The notes under the pieces are model-generated. The model saw nothing but the letters and a program-made list of their open reading frames with translations, did no database searches and was not told where the DNA came from. Shown piece by piece: positions 9,179-16,687 of a DNA stretch of 40,113 nt. The first letter of the stretch is position 1, and every line of letters starts with the position of its first letter. The DNA comes from a virus. The position numbers and the translations under genes are program-made. Location of the stretch: the UHGV virus genome UHGV-0369821, one strand, 5' to 3'.

Positions 9179-9595
9179 TTATTCCCCGTAAAGGAATTTT
9201 TTTGTGTTTAAAATTTCACCTTTATATGAAATTTTAAAATCTTTATTTTTCTCTACGCATAAGTGCGCATGAAGGAAAGCTTGCTCTTTTGTTAGTTTTA
9301 TTGTTCGTGAGGGCAGGAACATAAATTTTTCTTCTAAAGCTTTATGCCAAATTTCATTTATTTCTCCAAATATCACTATTCCGAGACAAGGATAATGTGC
9401 TTTTTCTTTGATTTGTATTTTTCTGTTTTTTTGCAAAATAAAAATTAGGCCTTTCTCTGTTTTTTTTAGTTCTTTAATTATTGTTACAACAGATAAAACG
9501 CTTCTTTTATTTTCTTTTAAAAAAATAATGATATGTGTTTTTTTTATTATTATTTTTTTTGAAGCATCTATAATGTTTTGAATTTCAACATTCAT
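9179..9595 (-). CDS. hypothetical protein
   Basis: 138-aa ORF, first of four overlapping small genes. Confidence 0.45.
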   Translation of the reverse strand: MNVEIQNIIDASKKIIIKKTHIIIFLKENKRSVLSVVTIIKELKKTEKGLIFILQKNRKIQIKEKAHYPCLGIVIFGEINEIWHKALEEKFMFLPSRTIKLTKEQAFLHAHLCVEKNKDFKISYKGEILNTKKFLYGE

Positions 9596-9878
9596 CGAGC
9601 GTCAAGGTTTTGAAGTTAAATCTATATTCTAATCCGTCCTTTAAAGGAGCCTTCCTAAAATCGCTCAATAAGTCTCCTTCGGGGCGGTTTTCTAGGCGAA
9701 AAATGAGCTTTCGAGGTTTTTTGGAGACGTCAAAAACCTCAATAATTGAGCCTAATCTCCAATCAGCTTTTATCATGCGGTGAAAGGTTCTAAGCCCGTG
9801 TGAAAAATTTAAATAAAGAACAGGGCAAACACGCCTTTCTTCTTGAGGGTTTTCAAACTCAAATTCAAAAACTTTCAT
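9585..9878 (-). CDS. hypothetical protein
   Basis: 97-aa ORF that overlaps its neighbour by 11 nt. Confidence 0.45.
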   Translation of the reverse strand: MKVFEFEFENPQEERRVCPVLYLNFSHGLRTFHRMIKADWRLGSIIEVFDVSKKPRKLIFRLENRPEGDLLSDFRKAPLKDGLEYRFNFKTLTLDEC

Positions 9879-9882
9879 AGCT

Positions 9883-10230
9883 TCAAAAATATGCGAGATT
9901 ATAAAAAATTAAATTTTCAAAAGGTGTTATCTTGTGCCATTTTATATAAATTCCAACTATTTCCGTTTTTGGTTCAAAGTGGTAATTATAAATAAATTCC
10001 TTAAAATATTTATCTTCTTTCTTTTTTATTATTTCTATAGCATTAAATCTGATGCCGTTTAGCAAATCTATTAGTATTTTTTGTTCCAAAACGTTGGATA
10101 AGTTTTTTTTAAGCTGATATATTCGCCCTTGTTCTTCAAGGCTGATTTTTCCTTTTAGCTTTAAGTCTGTGTCTTTTCCTAAAAAATAGGCGACGGCTCC
10201 AAAATTTGTTGTATAATCAATAGAACTCAT
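9883..10230 (-). CDS. hypothetical protein
   Basis: 115-aa ORF. Confidence 0.45.
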   Translation of the reverse strand: MSSIDYTTNFGAVAYFLGKDTDLKLKGKISLEEQGRIYQLKKNLSNVLEQKILIDLLNGIRFNAIEIIKKKEDKYFKEFIYNYHFEPKTEIVGIYIKWHKITPFENLIFYNLAYF

Positions 10231-10510
10231 ATTCCCTTTTCAAAAAAAACATATTGCTATAGTTAACGTCATAAAACAGTGAATTTCTTTTTTTCAAAAT
10301 CTCTTCAAAGGATGATTTGCTTCTTTTTTGCTCTTCTATCATTGCGGATTCAGGGAAGGCATGAGCAAAATCAATATGCGCTTCGAGGTTTGGCAATTCC
10401 TCCCCCGTTACTGGTCCTGCAAAGATAAAATAAATATTAGCGCGAACGAAAACAAAATACTTATCTTCTCTCTTTTTTTTAAAAACTTTCACAATATGTT
10501 TAGCGTCCAT
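10217..10510 (-). CDS. hypothetical protein
   Basis: 97-aa ORF that overlaps its neighbour by 14 nt. Confidence 0.45.
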   Translation of the reverse strand: MDAKHIVKVFKKKREDKYFVFVRANIYFIFAGPVTGEELPNLEAHIDFAHAFPESAMIEEQKRSKSSFEEILKKRNSLFYDVNYSNMFFLKREYEFY

Positions 10511-10702
10511 TAAGTGCGAAATTTACATGGTTAAAAAATTCTTCAGGCGATAAAAAAGTAAAGATAGTCTCGTAAGTCTTCTGCCTCCGTTACTAATTCC
10601 AAAGCGTATTGTTTTACGCCTTTTTTCCATTTAGTTCGGGCGGGGCTTTTCAATATTTTTTTATTACTTCTTCTCTGTTGTTTTTTCATTTTATTTTATT
10701 CT

Positions 10703-10942
10703 TTATTTTATTCTTTTCTTCATGCCTTTTACTAACTCGCTCGCCCGTTTATAGACGTTATCCTTAGTTCCTACGACAAAGGTTTGCCAACCGCAATTCA
10801 TGCACCCGTATTCATAACTTCCCTTAGGATTCTGCAATGTCTCATAAACCAAAACGTCCATCGGAAGCCAGCAAAATGGGCATCGCAACTTTTTAAATTT
10901 CTCTTGTTTCTTTTTTCCCATGTTTTTTGTTTTTTCTCTCAA
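10703..10942 (-). CDS. zinc-ribbon protein
   Basis: CPFCW...CMNCGW gives two CxxC pairs in 79 aa. It is the first gene on the minus strand leaving the divergent hub. Confidence 0.5.
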   Translation of the reverse strand: MREKTKNMGKKKQEKFKKLRCPFCWLPMDVLVYETLQNPKGSYEYGCMNCGWQTFVVGTKDNVYKRASELVKGMKKRIK

Positions 10943-12030
10943 GGGGTCTTTCTCTATTCTTCCTTCCGTCCCCTTTCATGTTTTTATTCTATCTTTTTTC
11001 CCTCATAAGTCAACAACTTTTATTTCTTTTTTTCTCAATTAGCAAGTTTTTTTCTCTCCCTCTAACCTCTTGACAAACTGCTTTTTCCTCTCTCCCTTCC
11101 CTCCTCTTTGCCTTACTTCCTCCCTCGGGGGGGGCCTTTAGGGGGGGGGCAACTCCTAACTCCATCGGATAACTCCATCCTTTTTCTCGATGCGGCTTCT
11201 AACCTCTTCCCGCTCCTCTTCGCTCTCTTGACCTTTCCATCGGTCAGGAGGGCGTAAGGGGCGTAAGCGGGGGAGTTAAACCCCGGCCGGGACGAACCAG
11301 TTTGCCCTCTTCCTTAAAAATGGTTTCTCCCATAGTGGACCCTCTTTTGCCATTTTTACGTGTTTTTTTAGGCGGATCCGTCATAAGTAGCAAACTGTTA
11401 GAGGCTAGCGAATTTTAAGAAAACCTGTGTTCCTAGGGCTTGCCAAAAATCGGGTTTTGTGCATGTTTCATGTTTATTTTCTCTAGATTGTCTCGCTCTT
11501 GAGTGTTTTTTGTAGAGCCTCGGCGATTCGGTGCGTGCTTTGAGCGGCCTTCAAACTGGCTCAAAAGCGTACCGATTCCGTTGCATTTGGGCGCCTTCTG
11601 CCTGCTTCTGCTTGTGTGCGCACCGACAATCTTCATAACTCGTTGACTGTCTATCATACTTCGCATAACACACATAATGCCAAATAGGGCACATTTGAGG
11701 ACAATCCCGAATATCGCGCTACAATGGGCCTAGCGCGCGCCGCATATCTGCCATGAGTAATGTATAGGCCCATCCTCTAAAAAGCCCGTGTGCGCAATCC
11801 TCGCAAGCCGTTTTTCGGGCAAATCGTAGTAATTAGAATAATTATTGAGGTTTTGCCCACTTTAGGCCATGTTGCGGCGTTGCTTCGGAGCCACCTAGCC
11901 ATGAGGGACTGCAAGCCCGTCAGCACCGCGCCACCCCTAGGTGCTTCTTGCTAGGACGTCCCTACAGGCGGGAGGCGGGGAAAAATCGCCGGGTGTTTCG
12001 CGCTGGACAAAGAAGGTATCACCCTGCATA
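10943..12030. promoter_or_regulatory. 1-kb non-coding divergent hub: CT-rich tract, G8 and G9 runs, GC-rich core with a 9-bp inverted repeat; candidate divergent promoters and origin
   Basis: No credible ORF. Transcription direction and purine/pyrimidine skew both switch here. G8 at 11127-11134 and G9 at 11141-11149. Inverted repeat ATGGGCCTA (11724-11732) / TAGGCCCAT (11765-11773). Confidence 0.5.
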
Positions 12031-12492
12031 ATGAGCAAAAAGGGAGAAGAGAAAGAGAACAAAGAAATGGCGAGAAGAGCAGGAGACGTAGAGATGAACG
12101 GGAAATTAGTGAGAGAGTTGGTGGAAGAAGTGAGGGGGGAATTGGAGCGAGGGGAGGTGAGGACGGTAGAGGAGGCGTTATCGAAGCGAGGAGTGAGCCG
12201 GAAGCTGTTTAGGGAGATGGGAGGGATAGAGGAGTGGAAGGGAGAGAGGAGGAGAGGCGAGAGAGGAGGAGAGGAGCGGGAAGAGGTAGAGGAATTGGGG
12301 AAAGAGGAATTGGGGAAGTTTTTAAGTAGAGTGATAAGAGGGAGGGAGCTAGGGATGGGGGGAAAGGAGAAGATGAGTGCGGTAGGGTTGTATATGAGGT
12401 TGAAGGGATGGGACAAGGTGAAAGAGGAGAGGGAGGAGCTGGTAGGAGAGGAGATGAGAGAGTTGCTGAAAAAAGACAAAGAGAAGAGTTGA
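12031..12492 (+). CDS. highly charged (E/R/K/G-rich) low-complexity protein encoded almost entirely by purine codons
   Basis: In this frame, third positions are A/G except where the amino acid forces a pyrimidine (Asp, Asn, Phe, Tyr, AGY Ser). T and C fall at position 2 for Val/Leu/Met and Ala/Thr. That frame-specific pattern argues for real coding. Confidence 0.45.
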   Translation: MSKKGEEKENKEMARRAGDVEMNGKLVRELVEEVRGELERGEVRTVEEALSKRGVSRKLFREMGGIEEWKGERRRGERGGEEREEVEELGKEELGKFLSRVIRGRELGMGGKEKMSAVGLYMRLKGWDKVKEEREELVGEEMRELLKKDKEKS

Positions 12493-12526
12493 AGAAGAGG
12501 AGGAGGAGAGATAAACTAAAGAGGAG

Positions 12527-13168
12527 ATGAGAAAAGGGTTGGACGAAGTAAAGATAAGGAAAGAAGAGCTGGAACATGGCTTTTTGAGGGGGGTGAAGGA
12601 GATGGTGAGGCAGAAGGTGGAGATGGGGTTAATGCCATGGGGGCGGCGGGTATTTTATCCGAAGATGGTATTGAGGGCGAGGCCGCAGAAGTTGAGGGAT
12701 TTTTTGATAGAGGAGGAGGTATGGGAGTTGCAGGAATGGAGCAAGGATTCATTGGAGAGCAATCCTGAGCGGCACCATTTGTACGAATGCGGAGGGAGGT
12801 ATTATATGGGATTGTACTTTAAGAGTACGAGGGGGCGGAGCATAAGGAGGAAGATAAGTTTAGGGACAAGGGAATTGGAAGAGGCGAAAGAGAGGAGGGA
12901 CGAGTTTTATAAAGAGTGGAGTGGGAAGGGATTGAAATGGTATATGGCAGACGGGGCGAAATGGAATATGAAGTTACCGGGAGTGCCGGAGGTAGGAGAG
13001 TTGAGCAAATTAGACAAAAGGGCGCGGAAGGAGACGGAAGAGGCGGCGGTACAGGCGTTGAAGGAAGCGCGGGAGAGTTGGAAGAGGATGAGGTGGGAGC
13101 AAGTGAGGAAGGAGGAGTATTGGGAGGCAGAGGAGAAGAGGAGCCGGAGTTTAAGGAAATGGAAATAG
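12527..13168 (+). CDS. charged protein with an integrase-type / AP2-like DNA-binding motif
   Basis: GGRYYMGLYFKSTRGRSIRRKISLGTRELEEAKERRDEF resembles the three-strand-plus-helix integrase N-terminal / AP2 DNA-binding module. No recombinase catalytic domain follows. Wobble positions are purine-forced. Confidence 0.5.
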   Translation: MRKGLDEVKIRKEELEHGFLRGVKEMVRQKVEMGLMPWGRRVFYPKMVLRARPQKLRDFLIEEEVWELQEWSKDSLESNPERHHLYECGGRYYMGLYFKSTRGRSIRRKISLGTRELEEAKERRDEFYKEWSGKGLKWYMADGAKWNMKLPGVPEVGELSKLDKRARKETEEAAVQALKEARESWKRMRWEQVRKEEYWEAEEKRSRSLRKWK

Positions 13169-13179
13169 GAGGTAAGGAG

Positions 13180-13377
13180 ATGGAAAAAGAAGTAGGAATA
13201 ATGGTAAAGTTTGGGAAAGGAAGGGTAATGGAACTGCATTTGTTTCCGAACAAGGAGGCAATGAGGAAGTGGCGAGGAGAGGACAGCGAGCAAGACGCAG
13301 AGGGGGAGTACCGGGAGTGGAGCGTACCGTTGGGGGTGATAGAGGACTTATGGGCGGCGGCGATGGGAGAGGAATAA
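13180..13377 (+). CDS. small hypothetical protein (65 aa)
   Basis: AGGAGGT lies 7 nt upstream of ATG 13180, immediately after the stop of the preceding gene. Wobble positions are purine-only. The upstream part of the listed 12916 ORF overlaps gene 12527-13168 and is treated as spurious. Confidence 0.4.
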   Translation: MEKEVGIMVKFGKGRVMELHLFPNKEAMRKWRGEDSEQDAEGEYREWSVPLGVIEDLWAAAMGEE

Positions 13378-13401
13378 AAAATTAGAATAATAATAAAAAG
13401 T

Positions 13402-13968
13402 ATGAAAATAATCGTAGACATAGGGCATGCGCGGAACACAGGAGCGCGAGGGAACGGGCTGGAAGAGCACGCAGTAAGCGAGGAGATAAGCAAAGAGTTG
13501 GTGAGGGAGTTAAAGGCGGCAGGGTATGAGGTAGTTGAGTTGGACTTTCCGCACCTTAGTAACGCGAAGGACTTGGAAGCGACGATAAAAGAGGCGAATC
13601 GGATGGGTTCGGATATAGGAATATCGTTGCACTGCGACAGTGCAAGTCATTGGGTAGGAGGGGAAGAAGAGGCGAACCCTAAGCCGCATGGAGGGCATGT
13701 GTGCTACTATCCTGGGAGCAGTAAGGGGAGGAAGTTGGCAGAGGCGGTAGGAGTGCGTCTTAGCGGGCTATTGCCTGGGCGAGCAGAGGCAGTGGTAGGG
13801 AGGAAGGACTTGGCGGTATTGAGGCGAACAAGGCCGGTATGGATATTGTGTGAGTGTGGATTTATAACGAATCCGGGAGATGCGGAGGTGATGAGGGAGC
13901 ATCCGGAGAAGATAGCGAGGGCGATAAGCGAAGGAGTGAAGGATTATTTGAAATATGCAAGAGATTGA
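13402..13968 (+). CDS. N-acetylmuramoyl-L-alanine amidase (Amidase_3 family) endolysin
   Basis: MKIIVDIGHARN (cf. IVIDAGHGG), GYEVVEL, DIGISLHCDSA (cf. ADLFISIHAD), VLRRTRPVWILCECGFITNPGDAEV (cf. VLR.T..P.VLvE.GFisN..D). No signal peptide. Confidence 0.85.
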   Translation: MKIIVDIGHARNTGARGNGLEEHAVSEEISKELVRELKAAGYEVVELDFPHLSNAKDLEATIKEANRMGSDIGISLHCDSASHWVGGEEEANPKPHGGHVCYYPGSSKGRKLAEAVGVRLSGLLPGRAEAVVGRKDLAVLRRTRPVWILCECGFITNPGDAEVMREHPEKIARAISEGVKDYLKYARD

Positions 13969-14446
13969 TAAAGAGGGAGTTGGAGAGCTTGTGCACAGCA
14001 TTGCGCACGGGGACAAGTGGGAGGAGGTTGAGGACAGGAAGAGTTGTTGCGTATGGGTAATGAGGAGCAAGGACAAGTTTCTTGTGAGGGAGGGGGTATT
14101 AAAGAAATGGCCGAAAAGGGGCTGGAAGGGGCGAGCATTAAGCAAAGGAGGGAAATGCTATGCGCAATCGGCAGACAGCATATTGAAGGAGGCAGAGGTA
14201 GAATGGGAAAGGAAGCCGGAGTATGCGCACATGTACTATAGCGGGATGCTGGGAGGAAAGGCGGCGAAAGACGCGACGTGTTTTTTAGAGGAAGCCAGAG
14301 TATTTAAGATGCCATTGCCGAGGGGGAGGTATAACAGCGATGCGTGGGAGTTTGTAAGGTGCCGTCTTGTAGAGGAAGTGGTAGAGAAGCCGATGGACGA
14401 CGAAATGGACATTTGGTTGAAGTACAGGAGGGACAAATGGTTTTAA
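13955..14446 (+). CDS. candidate terminase small subunit (by position and translational coupling)
   Basis: 163-aa ORF ending in ATGGTTTTAA, which overlaps the start of the large terminase. No motif-level support. Confidence 0.45.
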   Translation: MQEIDKEGVGELVHSIAHGDKWEEVEDRKSCCVWVMRSKDKFLVREGVLKKWPKRGWKGRALSKGGKCYAQSADSILKEAEVEWERKPEYAHMYYSGMLGGKAAKDATCFLEEARVFKMPLPRGRYNSDAWEFVRCRLVEEVVEKPMDDEMDIWLKYRRDKWF

Positions 14447-16017
14447 GTGAAATAATAGAGTTGCTGAAAGACCCGATGTGGCGAATATCCCATTTGTATG
14501 AGATAAAATTGACGGATGGGAACATCATTCCTTATAAGCCGAGGAAGTTTCAGGAGGAGCTTCACAGGGCCTGTTACTGTGAGGGGAAGAGGAGGTTTTT
14601 AATACCTAAGAGTAGGCGGCAGGGTTGCTCTACGGCGATTGGAGTGATGATGGCTGACATGGCGGCGTTTGAGGAGGGGTGGAAGCTGGCTTTGGTGGAC
14701 AGGACGTTAGGAGACGCGACGGAAAAGCTTACGGACATTGTGAGGGTAGCGTTGGACAGCTTGAAGAGGAAATTGCCTGGGATGTTCGACATAAGTTACA
14801 GCAAATCAAAGATAAACGTTAAGATGGTAGGAAGGAGGTCGAGCGAGATAGTTGGGGGTAAATATTTTCGAGGCAGTGGTCTTGGATTTGCGCACATATC
14901 CGAGCTTGGTACGATTGCGACCAGTGAGCCGAAGCGAGCTGCTGAAATCGTCAACGGCACATTCCCTGCGGCTAAGGATGGCTTTATCTTTGTGGAGACG
15001 ACCGTACGAGGGGGGAAGCGAGGGGTATTCTATGAGAACGTGATGAATGCGCTAAGCGTGCCGGAGGGGAAGCGAGGTGAGAAAGATTTCCATGTAGTGT
15101 TTTTGCCGTGGTGGAGCGACGAGAATAATATATCGGAGGGGGTGGAGGAGATAACGCCAGCTACGGAGAGCTACTTTGAGACGCTTAGGAGCAAGAGCGG
15201 GATTGTCGTGACGGAGGCGCAAAAGAGGTGGTGGCAACAGGCCAAGCGGCAACATGGCGTATCAATGAATGAAGAGTACCCGTCCACCTTGGAAGAGGCT
15301 TTTGAGGTCCCTATGGAGGGGGCTATCTTGGAGGCGGTGTTGGACAGGGCCATGCAGGAGGGGGCTTTCAGGAACTTGGTTTACGATAAAACGAAGCCGT
15401 GTTATTGCACATGGGATTTGGGTGCGCCCCTGAATACGATTAACCTTGTGTTTCAGTTGGACGGCCCCTTTATTAACGTCCTTGAGCTGGACAGTGGTTT
15501 GCATGCGAGCGAGCGCGTAGCAGAGCGTGTAACGAGGCTTAAAAGCAAATATCCGACCTTACAGGCGAACTTCCTTCCGCATGACGGCGGGTATATGACG
15601 GACACAGGGATGACACAGGCGCAAATGTGGCAGGAGGCAGGGTTGCCGGGCATCCAGTTGTTGCCCAAATCGAAAGACAAATGGATTGGCATCAATTACC
15701 TTTTAGGGATGTTCAACATGTTTCGGTTTGACACCAACGGTACGAGCAAAGCGTACAGTTACTGGTTGTCCTACAGGTGCAAGCCGGAGGTGGGAGAGGG
15801 AGGCGTGTTTAAGAATGAGATTGTACATGACAACGCATCCCATTGGGCAGACCCGTTGAGGTATGTTGCAGAGGCGAGGATGAACAACCTGTTGACGGCA
15901 GGAGTTGTAACGCAGGACAGCAAAGCCGGGATAACCTGTACCTTTGGGAAATATCATCGTGAGCAAAATGTTGGACATAACTGGCGGCGGGGGTTTGAGC
16001 ATACTTGCCGCATCTGA
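14437..16017 (+). CDS. terminase large subunit
   Basis: Deviant Walker A KSRRQGCST (cf. SRQLGKT of T4 gp17) and Walker B-like VVFLPWWSDE. Size and position upstream of the portal fit. The longest ORF begins at 14344, but the ATG at 14437, coupled to the upstream stop, is preferred. Confidence 0.8.
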   Translation: MVLSEIIELLKDPMWRISHLYEIKLTDGNIIPYKPRKFQEELHRACYCEGKRRFLIPKSRRQGCSTAIGVMMADMAAFEEGWKLALVDRTLGDATEKLTDIVRVALDSLKRKLPGMFDISYSKSKINVKMVGRRSSEIVGGKYFRGSGLGFAHISELGTIATSEPKRAAEIVNGTFPAAKDGFIFVETTVRGGKRGVFYENVMNALSVPEGKRGEKDFHVVFLPWWSDENNISEGVEEITPATESYFETLRSKSGIVVTEAQKRWWQQAKRQHGVSMNEEYPSTLEEAFEVPMEGAILEAVLDRAMQEGAFRNLVYDKTKPCYCTWDLGAPLNTINLVFQLDGPFINVLELDSGLHASERVAERVTRLKSKYPTLQANFLPHDGGYMTDTGMTQAQMWQEAGLPGIQLLPKSKDKWIGINYLLGMFNMFRFDTNGTSKAYSYWLSYRCKPEVGEGGVFKNEIVHDNASHWADPLRYVAEARMNNLLTAGVVTQDSKAGITCTFGKYHREQNVGHNWRRGFEHTCRI

Positions 16018-16042
16018 TGAGGCGTTAAGGCGTGACGCCGGC

Positions 16043-16414
16043 ATGGGACTAAGTGAGGCATGGAAGCTTCATGAGGGAGGCGTGCGGCTTTATACCGGAA
16101 ACGGTCTTGTGCTGGGCCACTATTATCGCATCGAACCGGACAATGTACGGGTATGGGGCGAGGCGTCGGAGTTCTTGAGGACAAGACATATAGAGGAGGC
16201 GTCGGTGAGCTATGAGGAGGCCAATGGCTTCTTTTTCTTTTTAGGGGTTGGAGACTATGTTGGTTTTTTAAGGCACTTGCAATTAAGCCCGCACATGCAA
16301 TTTGGTAGTGGACATAGGCACGGGAAGCTGTATGTTTACTCACGTAAGGAGTTAGACTTATATATTAAACTTAAATTAAGGAGGAGTAAATGTCAGGCGT
16401 TGGACAGGCAGTAG
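16043..16414 (+). CDS. hypothetical protein (uncertain)
   Basis: ORF downstream of the large-terminase stop. It overlaps the start of the next gene by 25 nt. Codon pattern is plausible. Confidence 0.3.
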   Translation: MGLSEAWKLHEGGVRLYTGNGLVLGHYYRIEPDNVRVWGEASEFLRTRHIEEASVSYEEANGFFFFLGVGDYVGFLRHLQLSPHMQFGSGHRHGKLYVYSRKELDLYIKLKLRRSKCQALDRQ

Positions 16415-16686
16415 GAGCAGTTGTCGGGACGGTAATCGCCCCCGGTGTAGGAACAATTATCGGCTCATCTATTGGTGGGCTGGCAGACGGAGCAATCAAC
16501 AAGAATAAAGACAAGGGGTCATCCGCCCCGGAAGCTCCAAAGCCCGTAGAGCAATACGAAACTCAACAGGAAGCAGTTCGTAGCAAAAATGAGGCGAACA
16601 GGCGTCGGAGTTCTTTTTCAAATACCTTTGTTGCCTCTAGAGGGATTGGAACAAGTGGCGTAGGCAAAAGCTTTTTAGGCCAATAA
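16390..16686 (+). CDS. glycine-zipper membrane protein
   Basis: Strong Shine-Dalgarno AAGGAGGAG 5 nt before the ATG. The N-terminal 35 aa form a GxxxG/AxxxG repeat (VGQAVGAVVGTVIAPGVGTIIGSSIGGLADGAI). The C-terminus is charged. Confidence 0.55.
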   Translation: MSGVGQAVGAVVGTVIAPGVGTIIGSSIGGLADGAINKNKDKGSSAPEAPKPVEQYETQQEAVRSKNEANRRRSSFSNTFVASRGIGTSGVGKSFLGQ

Positions 16687-16687
16687 T

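Noticed and set aside
11433-11675. 80-aa minus-strand ORF inside the non-coding hub
   Set aside because: Isolated, no start context, lies in the GC-rich core with inverted repeats. Judged a chance ORF.
12916-13179. N-terminal two thirds of the listed ORF 12916-13377
   Set aside because: It overlaps gene 12527-13168 in another frame. A Shine-Dalgarno plus ATG at 13180, right after that gene's stop, gives a clean 65-aa gene instead.
14344-14436. Extended start of the large-terminase ORF
   Set aside because: An ATG at 14437 overlapping the upstream stop (ATGGTTTTAA) is the more typical coupled start. The extension would overlap the upstream gene.
11941-14450. Diversity-generating retroelement or random hypermutation as the cause of the purine block
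   Set aside because: No reverse transcriptase and no template/variable repeat pair. Amino-acid-forced pyrimidines are retained in a frame-specific way, which points to codon-level bias rather than scrambling.
12209-14528. Long minus-strand ORFs (S/P/L-rich, up to 224 aa) and extra plus-strand ORFs overlapping the purine domain
   Set aside because: The strand is so depleted in T (plus) and in A/G (minus) that stop codons are rare in all six frames. Only the frames with the purine-forced wobble pattern and the recognisable amidase are credible. The rest are compositional artefacts.
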